Part shown: in pieces, positions 1 to 15,000 of the stretch
Position numbering within the stretch: position 1 is the stretch's first letter
How the letters are laid out: each line of letters begins with the position of its first letter
Assembly (NCBI GenBank): GCA_001643675.2
Contig: LSRY02000005.1
Coordinates: 496,001-560,000 of the forward strand
DNA length: 64,000 nucleotides
Direction of reading: 5' to 3'
Source of the DNA: Monocercomonoides exilis PA203
Taxonomy: Eukaryota; Protista; Preaxostyla
Notes under the pieces: model-generated
Databases searched by the model: none
What the model saw: only the letters and a program-made list of their open reading frames with translations
What the model was told of the DNA's origin: nothing
Made by a program: the position numbers and the translations under genes

Positions 1-21
1 TTTTTATTTTTGTTTTATTGA

Positions 22-3000
22 ATGTTTTCTCAGTTTAAGGAGAATAGAACTTTTAAAGAAGTTATTGACAAACATTTTTTCAGTACTTTTTCCATGTTAT
101 CAGACACGGTTTCATTTGGAAATCCGTTGCGTACGATTATAGGACTATATGAAAAGCAAAATGTACTCGAAGAGATTAAATTATTGTTTGTCTTTAAAAG
201 CGTTAAAGGCTCAAGATATTGATTTTTTGATTTCTTCTTAGATTTCCAAAAGAAACAATCAAAAATGATTTGCACACAAGTACTGTAGAAGGACTTGTGC
301 AAGTGCTTATTCATCCTTGCATATATTTTAAATCTATACTATACCAACGCCAACTTATAAATGATAATTCTACTTTAAGTTGTGCCTTAAAACAAAGAAC
401 AGTTGAACAGACAAATAGCAAATATTTATTTGACGAAGACAATAAACATTTTAGAAGGTTTAATTTCTTGAAAGAGACTATATGGGGAATTGTTGAATGT
501 TCTGAGTGGGTTCTAACACTTAGTGAACCAACTTATTTTAACTTGTGGAATGTGATGCATTGTTCGAGAACCATCATTTCTGATAGCCTACTTTCTGCTA
601 TGTCAGATTCTAGTTTAATTGGACTGAGTATATGCGGAATGGGAGAAGATTGCTTGATGGAAAATAGTATTGAAAAATTCGACGAAAAATGCACTGAAAG
701 AAATAATGAGTTATTTAAAGATTCGAATAGAGAGAAGAGATATGAGATAGGAATGCATCTTGGAAGAAGATGGGGAGGTTCAGGAGCATCTTCTATTTTC
801 GTCAACAGAGTCTTCAACGATTTCAGTAATTCAGATTTTTCAAAAAGGACCAATATCTTGCAGACTTCTTCGATCGGAGCAGACGCGCCAACTGCTGAAG
901 GAACAACGACAAAAGTTCATCTTGTATCGTATGCAAAACAAAGAGTTTCTCCATTTGCAGCAGATGTAACTCAAAACGAATCCACTTCACAGAAATTGAA
1001 TACTCGAATTCCATCTACAGAACCTCCTCTTGTTAGCAGCATGCCATCTGCCATTCCTTTGCAAAATCAATTTTCCGAGCCAACAAGTTTACGTTCAGCC
1101 TCACCAGCAATTGGAAGAGAACACAGGACCAGCGTTGAAGAAGGTGAGCTTCGCATTAGCACCACACTGGGTAGCGGCAGCGGAGCAGTGGCTGTTAACA
1201 CATTGCCAATGACGACAATTGTGAAAGGGTCTTTGCTGAAGTCCAAGAGCGATGAGCGGAGAAGCAGCATAAACACCAACAGCAGTAGTGGAACACACTT
1301 TGCAATTAATACAGTCTCGGAAAAGATGAGGAGGAAGGCAAAAGCAAGCGGAAGAGTGCAATCAAAACAAATTAGCATGAACACTGGAACATATTTCGCG
1401 GGAACTGGAACAACTCTCCAATCTGATTCAAGCAGTAAAGAACAAATATCGCCTTTTGCGAGGGAGTCTGCATATTCAGGTCAAACTGCTCCATACTCAC
1501 ATCGCGTCTCTGACGCTTCGTCAACTTCTTTTCTTATTCAGAATCAGGAAGCTGAAACAAGCTTGGAATTGAAATCCTCGGGAGTATCGTCCTTATCACC
1601 CTCAATGAATTCTACCATTCAGTCGTATACCAGCAGCAAAGAAACAAATACTTTGCCAACAGATCCATCGCCACTTTCAGCGATTTCAATTTCGTCTCAG
1701 GTTCATCCCCAATCACCAATGAACCAAACGCTTGCTCCAACTGATCAATCAGCAACATTACCGTCTGTAAACAGTTATGGAGAGGACACACATCCAACTG
1801 CTTTTCCTTCATCCACAACATCACACCATCATCTCCATAAGCCATTTGGCATGCTAAATCGATGGCACGAGGCAAGAGAAGGAAGAAAAACGAAGGGAAA
1901 GGAAAAAATTTGGGGCGGTGAATATCTCAAAATGATTCCAGATCTTCAAGAATCGAAAAGAAGTCAAAGCAAACGAGCCAATATGCTATCAACAGGAGCT
2001 GTAAGTCAAGCTTCACATTCAGTGCATTCGTCGGCTCTCTCCATTACACCCAGTTCTTATGACAGATCTGCAGACACATCGCAGAAAGTGCTAAATACAC
2101 TTTGGCAGCGCGCTTCACAGCTTAGCAGGCGCTGCGGAGATGGTGCCGAAGGATATGATGTGCGGGCTGTCCGTGTTGAAGTTGTACTTATTCAAGTTTT
2201 GCGTTCGTTGCAGCGAATGCACAAAATTGGATATGCCTATGGGGAATTGAACACTCGCAACGTGTATGTGTCAAAAAGAGGATGGAGAGTGAAGCTCAGA
2301 AGGACTCTTCGCAGCTTTGCTTCGAGAAAAGAGTCGACTGAAAATCAAAGTGATTCAGCAGAGATGAATACAAAGAAAGGTGTTAATGAAACTTGTAACC
2401 CGTCTAATAATATTGTTATTATTCGCGGCATTAGATACAAATCTCCAGTTCTTTCGCTTTCTGAAGCGTGGGGTGCTGGAAAGATCGATAACTTTACGTA
2501 TCTTCTGGGCTTGAATCATTTGGCTGGGCGATCGCTGAACGGAGACCCTGCTGCACATCCAGCGTTTCCGTGGGTGATTTGGCTGGGATACGGAAGAGAG
2601 CAAGAATCACAAAAGAGGAAAAGAAGGAAGAGGAAAAGAAGAGAAAGAAAAATTAAATTTGAGAAGAAGGAAAATAAAGATAGCGAAAGTGGAACTTCAA
2701 TTGCAAATGCGAAAAGTTCACGTGAACAGAAAGAGAAAGAAGAAAATTTCGATAAAGATAAGAATAATGAAAGTGACTATGAAGAAATGGAAGTCGAAGG
2801 GAGATATTTGAGAAGTTTTGATGAAGAGAAAATATGGTTGCTAAAGTGGATAAAAAGATGGGAAAGATGGAAGAATCGCCGTAAATTGCGCGAAAAGAAG
2901 AGTGAAAACGAACATCTTAAAAACAAACAGCAGAAAGAGGAATTTGAATTACAAAGAGAAAACATAATGAGAACAGATTACATGAATGAAAAAAATAATT

Positions 3001-6000
3001 GTCTTTTGAAGGAAGAAATGGAAGAGGACGAATTGAGCGAGTTGAATGAATGGGATGTCAGTTCGTCGAGTGAAGAGGAAAGATGGATGTGGAGAGATCT
3101 GAAGCAGACAAGGTGGCGCATGGCACGCGGAGACGAGCAGCTGGATGAAGTATTCAACGGGATGAGTGGGGGTGCAAACACCAGCGGAGCAGACAAAAAT
3201 AGAAGAGCTTTTGGAATGAAAGTGCAATTTAACCAAAATAATTCAGCTTATTCTGATACAAGAGACCCTTATTTATCGATACCACATGTGATATTGACTC
3301 AATCACCTGAAAGTGGGACAGGAAGCTCATCTGTTCTTCCTCTTCCGCACCACACGCCAGACTTGCTTTCTGATCACGCTCTGCTAACGTATACAGCTCG
3401 GCAGCAGCCAATTGCTTTGCTTGAACGATATGTCCGTTCTCCATTCACTCCTTCTGAATACCCACAGACTATCAGTGCTTTGTTTGAGAACACGCCAGAG
3501 GAGTGCATTCCAGAGTTCTTTGATGCGGATGCCATTAACGAGGAATCTACTTTGTTTCATTCATTGCACAGAGGAACTGAAAGGGGATGCGTTGAAGTAA
3601 ATCAGCATCTTGAAGGAGAGACTGCGCAGACTGCACAACAGTCATCAAAGACACTGCCTGATTTGCAGCCTCCTTCCTGGTGCGAAGGAGATCCTCTTTT
3701 GTTTTTGTACATTCATCGATGCCTTCTTGAAAGTGACTATGTTTCTGAGGCACTACATCATTGGATTGACCACACATTTGGCTACCTCATCAGCGACACT
3801 ATTGCTGGGATTGGTCGAAGGACTGTTTGTGGCTCAATTTCGAGTGAAGTTCCACGCAGCGGGCCCAGCGGAGGAGGGTTTGTGCAGCTGTTTGGAGTGC
3901 CTCATCCTGCAAGAAGAGAATTTGGATGGAAAAGTCAAAGGGAAAGAAGAAGAAAAGCAAAAGAGAAGATGAAAAGATATTTGGAAGCGAATAAAAAACT
4001 GCAAAAAGATTCTTTTAACAAAAATGAAATTGAAGGTGCTTTGAAAGAAAAAGGGAGACGTTCACAATCGAATAGGGGGAATGATTCTTTCATTGATCTA
4101 CTTCAAACATCAAACAAAGAGTTGGCTGAAACGATCGGAGAGAATTCGTCAAAAGAGTCGTTTTCGTCTTCAGTTGGAATGTCCACAATTCAAACACAGA
4201 AATGGACGTTATTTAAAAACGAAAGGGGTTTTGAGAAAGGCTTTGAAGAAGAGGAAATTGAAGAAGAGATCAACAAAAACATTATTGAAGGGAGAAAGAT
4301 GAAGATGGCAGAACTTGAGGAAAGGAAAGAAAGATTGAAATGGCTGGGAATCAAAGGAAAGAATGCAAAGAACACTCAAAATGAGAATATTACTAAGAGA
4401 AAAGAGAATGAAAGAGATATGCATTATTCAGAGAGAAATGAATTTTTTACACAAAAACAACAAATTGATAAGTCCTTTACCAACGATTCTGTTCAAAGAT
4501 TATTTGGAAGTATTGAAAAGAGCAGAGATCGTACGTTTTCGCGCCTTCTCCAAATGAAGGCACAACTTCCACAGCAAAATGGTGATATTTCCAATTCAGA
4601 GAATATTTCTGCTCCTTCTGCAGCTTCTTATCGGTATTCGATATTTCACAAGCCTTCGTACTTATCTTCCCTTTTGTGGGACCATCCATTCACGCATATT
4701 CATCAACAGCAGACTCCTCCAACTCATAGTACGAAGTTGCCTCCGTATCTGATGTTTTCTGTGGACCACTTTGATCCAGTTTGCTTCCAACAAAAATCTG
4801 CAAAAGCAAATGAGGAATGGGAAAAGCCAACTGTACTTTCAGAAAGCAGAGAGAAGAACGGGCTTTCATCTGATTTTGCTGCTTCTCACTTTCATCCACA
4901 TGAAGAGCCATTCACGAAAAGAATCCATTCAGAGCATGTGCAAAAATTCCTGGCTGATGCACACAGAAGGAACTGCTCACTTACTACACCTCCTGATAAT
5001 ACTTCAGAATTCAATTTGATTAATGAAAAATCTTCAGAAAGAAATCCTTCTTCGTTTTCAAAGACTTCTGAATCCAAAGTTTCAAAGCACTCACAAACTG
5101 ACCGAGAAATTGCAGATGATATTTTTGCCTTTGGATGTCTGTGGGCAGAACTAATTCTTGGCATGCCGGCTTTTTCTTCATATGATGCGAAGGCACCATC
5201 TTTCCATTTTCCTCTTTCTTTAGATTATTCTGCGCTTTTAAATTCTTCCAAAAAAAGTACTTCTGACAATCGCCAAACATCTCCATTGTTCGTGTTTTTG
5301 CCATCAAACCAACCATGCCCTTCATTTGCTTCTGCGTTGGCTTCTTTGCTTTCTGCACTGAAAACGCGAACAACACCAGAAGTTGTGTCAACAATTGCAT
5401 CGTGTTTGAATCCAAATCCGCTTCTTCGTCCAACATCCGAAGAATTGTTGGAAAAGGAAGATATATTCGATGAAGATACCAAAAGAATTGTAGAAATTTA
5501 TGAGCGAGTGGACGGAGTTTTTACTGATGATGTTGAAAATAGCAAGTGCAATGAAGATGAAAAGAAGGGAAAAACTGAGCAATTTCAACTTAACAAGCCT
5601 TTTGGCAATGAAAGAAATGAACAAAGCAAACCACAGTCATCTGACGCAATCAAATTGAATGATAGTCCGTCAACAGATTGTGAGCCTGTAGTGCTGGGGT
5701 CATCACAGAAATTAGCCGAATCTAATACACATAAAGAAAGCAATAGCTTGGAAGAAAAAGTTTCTCAGATGGCCTGTCAACTTCTTATGTGTTCTTCAAT
5801 TATGTTTGAGATGGATCAGGCGCATCGTTCTTTCTTGAAGCCATTTGTTTTATCGTTTTTCACATTGTCTCACTTCTGCTCTTCGTCGCTTCAGCTTATT
5901 CCGTTTGCGTTGCGATTCTTTGGGTCTTCTTTTCTTCGCTCCACGCTTCTTCCTCAGCTTGTGCTGCTTCTCAACACGTATTTGCAATTTGACCAGATGC

Positions 6001-9000
6001 CCATTGGACTGTGCGCATTGTCGCCATTTGTGGAGACTCCTGTGGATCGGATGATTGCAGATCTAAGGATTAAAGAAAACAGAAGGAGAGGAGTGATGAG
6101 AAAAGAAAGAGCGAGACGCAAATCTTTTTTGCGAAAGAAAGCTGAAAAGGAAAGGAAGGAGTTAGAGCTGAATGAAAAGACTGGCACAAACCAGATAAAT
6201 ACTATTTCTCATTTTTCATATTCAAATGGATATAATGTGGAAGAGAATATTCAATTGGCTTCCTCTAGTGCTTCTCCTCTTCATAATGAAATTGATCTTC
6301 CATCTTCATTGCCAATAGAGAAGCTCTTTACTTTAAATCATTCTCTTTCAGGTGGAGATCAAATTGCAACAACAGTATTTTTGTCCATTCCATCTCTTTT
6401 ATCATCAATGGCAATTTCATCTTACTCTTTTTGGCTTGGAGCTGATGCTGTATCATCTGTAATTGTACCGTTGCTGGAAAATGGCTTAACTCAGACAGCA
6501 AAAAAGTTATTGAAGTTTGCTGTTGAGGAAGAAAGCGAAAATTATAAAATTACAGGTAGCAGAAGAGATGCAAAGGAAATACAAGAAGAAGGAAATAAAT
6601 TAAGCAATAAAAGCGAATTGCACCTCAATGAATATTATTTAACTGAAGAATCAAAAGGGAACAATCCTCCAAACCCCAGTTCATATTTATGTTCTCAAAA
6701 GACGACACAGCAATTGCAAATTGCATCAAAACTAGCTAATGTAAGATCACTTTTTGATGTTCATATGTTTTTGGGAAGTGCATTGGCCACTCTCTGTGCA
6801 ACTCTTCCGCCTGTTGTTGTGTCATCATCAATTGTACCATTTCTATGTAATTTTCACACTTATCCTTTTATTTCATCTCTTCTTCTTTCAACTCTTCCGC
6901 GCTTATCTCCTTCTTCCGTTTCTTCTTTTGCAACACTTTTAAGCGATCAGCTGGAAAGACACACAAAAGATGGACAGAAAGTGTGCGTAGAAAGTGTTTC
7001 ATTGTATTTGTCTCTTTTAAGGCGACTTTCCGCCTCTCGTGTTGTAAATGTGCTATTCTCAAGAAGGAGCAGAAGGAATTTGAGCGTATTTATTGATGAA
7101 TGGATCATGGACAGGGAAGAGAAAAACAAAGAAAGAATGAAAATTAGTGGAGTTTCGTCGAAAGAAGAGCAGGTTGATGAAAACGACAAACGCAAAAAAG
7201 GGAAAGAAAGCAAAGAGAAAGAAAAGAACGAAAATTCAAGATCAAAAGGAAAAGATACTGAAAGGAATAATAAAAAAGAAATCCCAAAGGAAGTGAAAGG
7301 AACGAAAAGAGAAGATATCTTTGAGCAGCCACCAAGTGATAACGATTTGGTCCGGATGATGAAAATGATGAATTCGGTGGAAGATGCCTGGCTCGAAAAA
7401 GAAGAAGATAATTTGAAAGGAGAATTTAAACGATATGCAAATATGTTAAGAGATGAATATCAAAAAGAAACTTGCATTGTTCAGCCAGATGATAGGAAAG
7501 CATTGCAAACAACTGCCTCACCATCATCAGATAAACTTGATTTCAATACCTTGTTAAATAGCGACGAGAAATCAACAAGCAAAATTGAAGCTATGAAAGA
7601 ATCGACTTTTCCAACAAAAAGAGACGAGAAATGCGATTCATCAACCATTGCTATTCCTTCGGATTCGATTCTTCAATTTGATAAAAGCTCAAGAAAAATT
7701 GAACCTTCTTCATTATCTACAAGTTCAGATTCTTCATCAACAAATGTCTTCGCTAATGTTTCTCATTCTTCCTCAAATGCAACATCTTCAAATATACTTC
7801 CACCAGAAGCACTCGATTTACCTACAAAAATACCAGAAAACCAGCATTTCTCAATCGGTGCACAAATGAGACTTGCTCTTCAGAGCTCTCCTCTACCAAT
7901 TTCAAATGCAAGCAACCTGACTCAAACAGCATCTGAGGCAGAAGTCGAATCAGATTCAGAGTTCAACTCAATAAATGCATCACAAATTGGAGCTTCTTTG
8001 GAGGATTATAAAGGCGAAGATGACAACGCAGACCTTGCAATTGATGGGAGCATATCTCCAAAGCCGAAAAGAGATGGATTTTTCTCGATATATAAAAAGA
8101 AAGCGAAAAACATAGACTCAACAGGAGCAAATCAATCACAGCAACCAGATGGCTCTCAAGCTGGCACATCAATTAGCCAACTTTCGTCTGATTCAGAAAG
8201 CCTTATTCCTTCTGCTCAGCCTGTTCCACCTGAATCACGAAGTTCAACGGAAGACGCTGCTGCTTCAATTGCACAGGCAAAAAATATCCGTCCGCAACCT
8301 CCTCGTTTGCTCCTACCAAGTTGCATCCCATCTCCGTCGCTGTTTTCTGATAGGCAGGTGATGACTTTAACTGAAAAAGATCTCCAGTCGTCTGCTTTTC
8401 TCTCTTTTGTGTATTCTCCTTCAGATTCCTATGCTCATCTGCTGGACTCATTTCTAAAGACATTGGAACAAAAATTGGATAGACTGAATTTGCCATTCAT
8501 ATTTCGTTTGCTGATTGATCCATTTACATGTCTGGGTGATTCATCGCCATTCTTATTGCATCTCTCTCCACATGCACTTGCGCCAGAACCGTTCGCTCAT
8601 GTATCATTTTTCCCTCCTTCAAATATGTCTGCACTTTCTTCATTGCCTTCTTTTAATTTATTTTCAATTGAAACATCGAAAAATGCAGATAGTACTTTTG
8701 CTTCGACGCCTTTTCAAAAAACATTGGATCTTTTATTCCTTCTTATTCAGCTTGCTTCTTTTCTTTATGATGTTTCTCCTTCCTCTTCTCTTCGCCAAGT
8801 TGCTTTGCTTTTGTTCACTCATTGCTTTGCCGTTGTTGTTTCTTTTCCTGCTCTGCCGCTTCCATTTTTCCATTTATGTGCTGCTCTGTCTGCGTGCTTG
8901 GGGCTTAGTGATTGGTGTATTGCTTTTGAAACACTTGTGAAATTGAAGACCGAATCAATGCTTGAAAGAGAGCAAAAGAAAAGACTGAAAGAAAAAGAAC

Positions 9001-12000
9001 GCAAGAGGATGATTGCTGAATTTGTTGAATTATTCAAAAAATTAAAATCTGAAAAAGAGTGCAAAGATGATAAGATTTGCATTAACGATGAGAAAAACAT
9101 TTATGAGCAGAACGTTCATGAGACATACACAAAGTTTACTCGGCATCTATCTCCTTTCTATTCTGCATTTTACTTCCTGAACGTTTCAACATCCCAAGCT
9201 GAAGCTCTTTTTGAAGACTCTTTCAGTGAAAAGAGTAACAATGCAAATTCTTTTGAATCATTTCTTCCCTTATTGTATTTATTTTCAAATCCTGCTCTTT
9301 CTTCAAAGTGCATTTCATCGTCTGCACAGTTCTTGTCTCAGCATAAGGACATTCAATCAGCACAACTTCTTCTTCCCGAATGGGTTGAGTCAAGAGGTGT
9401 ACTACAGAATGCTCTAATTGCAATGCTGAAAGTGAACCAGCCAATGCTAAGACACACCGCACATAGGCTAATCCCAACAAAGATGGATGCAGCAACTTCG
9501 AAAATGAATTCATCTGCATCTAATGAAGACAAGACTACCCATTCATATGCATTTAACATTGCTCAAATTACTTCTTTCACATTTCTATCGATTGTTCCTC
9601 CACCGCTGTCTCCATTTATCTCTGCGGCATCTATTCATCGCACAGACAATACTCTCCTCTCAGCTCTTCAAGCAAAGTTGAGGGTTAATATCCAAAAAAT
9701 ATCAGCCAGAACTATTTTGCATGAAACTGATTCTCCTCAATTTGCGCAAAAAATGAATTCTAGCGACTCTTCTTCAAGGAAGTTCCCAATTGATTCTCCC
9801 TCTGAAGCAGAAAAAACACCAGCCATTATTGAAGCTCCTTCTTCACCTGTAGATTATCATCCTTTGCCTTCAAGCGAAAAACACATATCTTCTTCTGCTG
9901 CTTCCTCTATTGGTTATGATCAACCCGCACTTACAACAACAGAAAAGATTCATGTGCAGCGCAAACTGTTACGAATGTTGGAGATTATGTCACACTCACC
10001 AGAAGACGTGCGAATTACACTAAAAGAAGAAGAAAGCAACGAAAACAGAGAACAAAACAAACTAACAGCGGAAGAAGCAATGGCAGTGATCCAAATATTA
10101 CGGGAAAAAGAGAAGGTTGGGAGAGGATCTCGCGAAGGAAGGGCAATTTTAAGGCTGTTGGAAGGGAGTGGAAGAGAAAGGGAGAATGAGAAGGTGATTA
10201 TTGGTGGAAAAGAAGCAATACACAAGTCGGACTATGCGTATTCCTCGAAGTCCAAAGATCGCGACTCTGATTCAGAAGACGAGAGCAGCGAGGATAACGA
10301 GGAGAATGAGGAGGACAGCTCTTATTCTGGTTCTTCTTCATGGATAGATTCTTCGTCTTACTCGTCTAGTTATACTTCGAGTGATGAAACAGATGAAGGC
10401 AATTTTGATTCGTTAGCAGAATCTGACGAAGATGAAGAAGACGAAGAGGATTACGAGCTCAGTGAAAACGAAAGCAAGAGAGATGCACTTAGCAGCAAGC
10501 GAGAAGAGGATAATACCAGAACCAGAAGAGGTCGAAGCAATATGCGCAAAAGCAAAAGCAATGAAGATGTCACATCTGAAAGAAGTGAACATTTAGCTGT
10601 GAATGACAGCGAGGAAAAGAGTAGAAAGCGTCGTCCAGGAAACAAGAGAAGTTCGGATGGAAATGCAGTGCAAAGCGGAAATGGTGGATCAGATAGAAGC
10701 CAGCGTGAGCAGAGATTGAGAGAAAGACGATTCAAATACTCGCAAAGGAGGAGATATCGCGAATCGTCTCTTGAAGCCTCGGGTCATTCGTCATCGCCAT
10801 CTCAACAACCTCGTCAAATGACAGCAAAGGCACGCGATGAAATGAACCTTCGATTGGAAGCGTATAGAAAAAGAAAGGAAAGACGAAGAGCAGAATTTTT
10901 GGTTCTTCTGTCGAATCTTCCAGACATTGAACCGAAGCAATTTGTAAAAGTTGATTCTGTTTTATTTGGAACGAAAGGAAATGAAAAGAAATCTCTTATT
11001 TCGCAATGCACGTACAGTCCTATGATTAACTCTTTCAGTGATTCTGTTGCAATTAAAAAAGACACATATCAATGGGCTGCTGGTGGTGCAACAATAACAC
11101 GCCAGCCTCAGAATCTTTCTCAATCGTTGTTTAATAATCGTAAAGAATCAAATTTATCAGCACAAGTCAATCAACAAGAATTGAACTCCAGCTCTGGTCG
11201 ATTGCCTCAACAAAAGATACAAAAACAGTCATTAATTCAGCCTTCAAACCAATCTTTTGACACTTCTTCAAATTCTTGGCTTCTGGATAATTTTCAAACA
11301 ACAAACGCAAATGGTACGTTCCAAAATAAAGTTTTGTATACCATTCTTCCAACAGCTACCAAACGCCTTTCATCCAGAGAGCCGCTTGTCCAACATCAAT
11401 CAGAGTCTTTTGGCTCAAATGTTCAATCAGCATCCTCGTTTACAAATGCTTCTTTTCAATCACCTGCAATATCTTCTTCTTCTTCTTCAGTTAATTCATT
11501 ATCTTCTTTAGTGCCAAATGCTACGAATACACTTCAGCTTTTACATGCTCCTGTTCAGTCAATTATTTGCTCTCCTTGTGAATCATTCTTTGTTGCCGGC
11601 TCTGACTCAATCAGAATCTTTTCACTTATTTCAGAGCCAAAGGCACCCGTTGCAGAGTATCGTGGTCACAAATTCGGCAGCGTTTTTCCTGTTACTGACA
11701 TGTGCTGGATGATGGGAAGTGTATTTTCAAGTGGTAACTCGAGAGAAAGGCAGACAGCCTATCGAAAATTACAAACTGGGAAGGGATTCATTGGAAAGGG
11801 ATATAACGATGAGTTGTTGGATTGTGCTGAAGAAGAAATTGGAGAAAGTGGAAGCGCATTTTCAGAACGATTTGCTCTGAATGAATGTGCAAAAGGTAGA
11901 ATTCAAATAAAAAGCAATACAATGTCTTCAGTTGAAGATTCTCCTGAGCCTTTTCCAGTTTTTGGAGAAGCCCCAAAACCCTTGTATCGCGCTGTGATAT

Positions 12001-15000
12001 CCACAAACCAAGACACTGGAGCAAAATCAGAAGCTGCAAGCGAGAAAAATGAAGAACCGAATTTCTTAAAGCAATTTAAGCAACCACTGAAGCGAAATTG
12101 TTCACCATTTTCTGAAATGGGTATGCACAGCGATTGCAAATTCGAAAACTTTGGGAATTCGAGTTCTAAACGAACACTCAACTCTTCGTTTTCAACACGT
12201 GCTTGGATTGCTTCGTGTGCTGGGGATCTGCATGTGTGGGATGTTGAAACACAAAAGTGCATCTGGGATGGAGGGAAAGCATTTTGTCAGGGAATAAACA
12301 CCCCTTGGATGAATGATGATTACAATGAAAGAGAAAGAGAAACAATGGAAACGTTTTCTCGAAAGATAGCTGAACCAAAAGGAGGAAAATTGTTTTTCAA
12401 CAACCAAAATATTCTTTATTCGCCTTTTTATTCAACTTCTACCTCTTCTCCTTTTTCTCCTTCAGCACAAACTTTTGCATCGATCCAAAGTCAATCTTAT
12501 TCCATTTTGCGCAATCGAGTTACCACATGTATAATTCCAATTTCACCAGATATTGTTGCAGGTGGAGGAAGAGATGGATTTCTTCGACTGTTTGATGTCC
12601 GATCAAAATCTGTTGCTCAGTCATTTTATGTTCCATCTCTTCTTTCAACAGACGCAGAAAGAATAGATTATTATTGCTCTTCAAACAGAATGGCTCAAAA
12701 AAATATGAAGCGCTCTTCTTTCTGCTTTCGCGATTCACTTGATGAATGCACAAAGCCAGCTGTTGATGCATTTAAAAACATTGTTCTTGAACGAAGCGGT
12801 GTGACCTCACTTTCATTTGGGCTGACGGAAGAAGACAGTCCTCTTTTGAGACTTTTGAGTAGAAATATCAATGATGATCTGTCAGTTTCTCAATCATTGT
12901 CCACTCATGACATCTGTGAGTATTATCAGAGCAATGGTTGTTTACCAAATGTTGATGCTTCTGAACAGATTTTGTCGGAATTATTGAAACTTGCTCATTT
13001 ATCAGGAGTCCAAAGGATGGGAGGATTAAGCAGAAACGGAAAATTGTCTTATTCTGTTGGTGGATGGGGAGATATTACAGTTGGTTGTACAATTGGATGT
13101 GGATGCGGTGATGGGAGTGTGTCTATTGTGGATGGAAGAATGGGTAAGCCACTCTTTACGTGGAAAACACATTATGATGAGCGTTGCCAACAAAATTCTC
13201 AGAATGCTGATGCTTTAAGCGATTCGACTGAAGCTAATAAAGCAACTTCTGATTCATCAAACACATTTGTTCAGCCTCAAGTTCAATCTTCAACGATCCA
13301 ATTTAGTGCATATTCCAAGGGGATTACACGAATAATGCACAACAGTGCTGGAGTCGTTACTGTTGGAGCAGATGGCGTGGTGGAAACATGGAAAGCTCCA
13401 CCAAGTGGCTTTTCATGCATCGATCCTGTTCCAGAGTGCATTATCTCGACTGTTGCAAAGGAAATTATTGATGAAGGAGAAAAGCAACTTTGGCAGGGAA
13501 AGAGAGAGACCGAGCTTCTGCTTAGCGATTGCAGAAGTACTTTGCTTGAATTGGAGAAAGAAAAAGAAGAAAGAAGAAAAACCAAAATGATGAAAAAGGA
13601 TAACAAAATTGGCAAGAGCGATGAAAAAATGATGGAAGAAGTCCACATTCGAAAGCCGGTTGACTTGCAGAATTCTGAAACAATGGAAATAAAACAGAGA
13701 ATAGTTGAAGTCGGAACAACTTTGAGTAAAGTATTTGAATCTTCAACTTCAGCACAACAAATTGCATTTTCTCCGGATGTTATTTCTCCGAACCCAACTC
13801 AAAGTTCGGAACCAGTCAATGCTTCTTCGATGCTGTCAAAAGCTATTCAAAGAAAATTACCTGAAAAAGATGATTATTCTCGTGTACTATCAAAAAGATA
13901 TTCAACAATTTGCTCTGTGATGCATCGATACGTTGAACTTTTTTCTGTGACTCATTCAAATGCTTTCTTCAGCATATCCAAGAAAACACCAACATTTTCT
14001 GTTGTAACTCAGCTTCCCTCGCAGCCATCGTTGGAACAATTTGGTACATCATCACTTTGTATTGCTTCCACTCCTTCGCCATCAAACCTGTCAACATATT
14101 CAACAATTACGCATCTTCCATCAACGTCGCAATTTCCAACAAAGCAGTTTATTTCTCAACCATCTATTGCCAATACAAAGCAGAAAGGCATTGCAGGATC
14201 TCCACCTTCTGTTTCACAGTTGGGTTTGTCTGAAGCTGGAGATCGTATCACTTCTCCAGTAAATGAAAATCAACAAGAATCATTTTCTTCATTTTCTTCG
14301 ATTGATGTTATGAGTCCTTCTTTGATTTCTGTGGCTTCAACGTTTATCAGTGGAAGCTGGGGATTTGGGGCACATCGAGGCACTCCTGTGAAAGTGAATG
14401 CTCCTGTTGTTAATCGAGCTGCTCTCCACACAGCCTCTTTGCACATTCCAACTTCACTAACACTTTCATCAGCCATTTCTTCTCCCCTTTCAGCAACAAG
14501 TAATTCTACGATGAACCCTCTTTTAAGCGCAAATTCTGATATTTTTTCGGAATTAACTTTACCAACTGCATCGATTCCTGTTAATTCAAAGACAGTTTCT
14601 CAGCCAATTGTACCCTTTTTGATTGCTCGAAACAATACGATTGGGTTGAGTTCTATTCCAATTGGAATGTCAGACAAAGTTTCAATTTCAATGCGTATTA
14701 TGCATTTGGTATCTATTTTGCAAAGGATAAGCGGGAAAAAGAGGGTGGCAAGTCTAGGAATGGATGGGATAGAAAAGATGATAATTGAAAAGAATCAGTC
14801 AAAAAGTGAAGTTTCTGAGAAGCAAAAATTGGAGGGGCAAACGAGTGATAACGCTTCAAAAGAAATGGATACCAAAAAAGCAGTTTCAAAAGTCCAGGCT
14901 GACCTGCAAAAATTAGCTGAAGAAATCGTAATCAAAGAGAAAACTCGTATTGAGCAACAAGAAATGAAGGAAATGGAAAAGATGTCAAGAGATGCACTGG

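Noticed and set aside
270-272. TTG/GTG starts in the ORF track (270, 16307, 24092, 38890, 39757, 54063)
   Set aside because: Artefacts of prokaryotic start rules. These are internal exon positions or lie near the true ATG.
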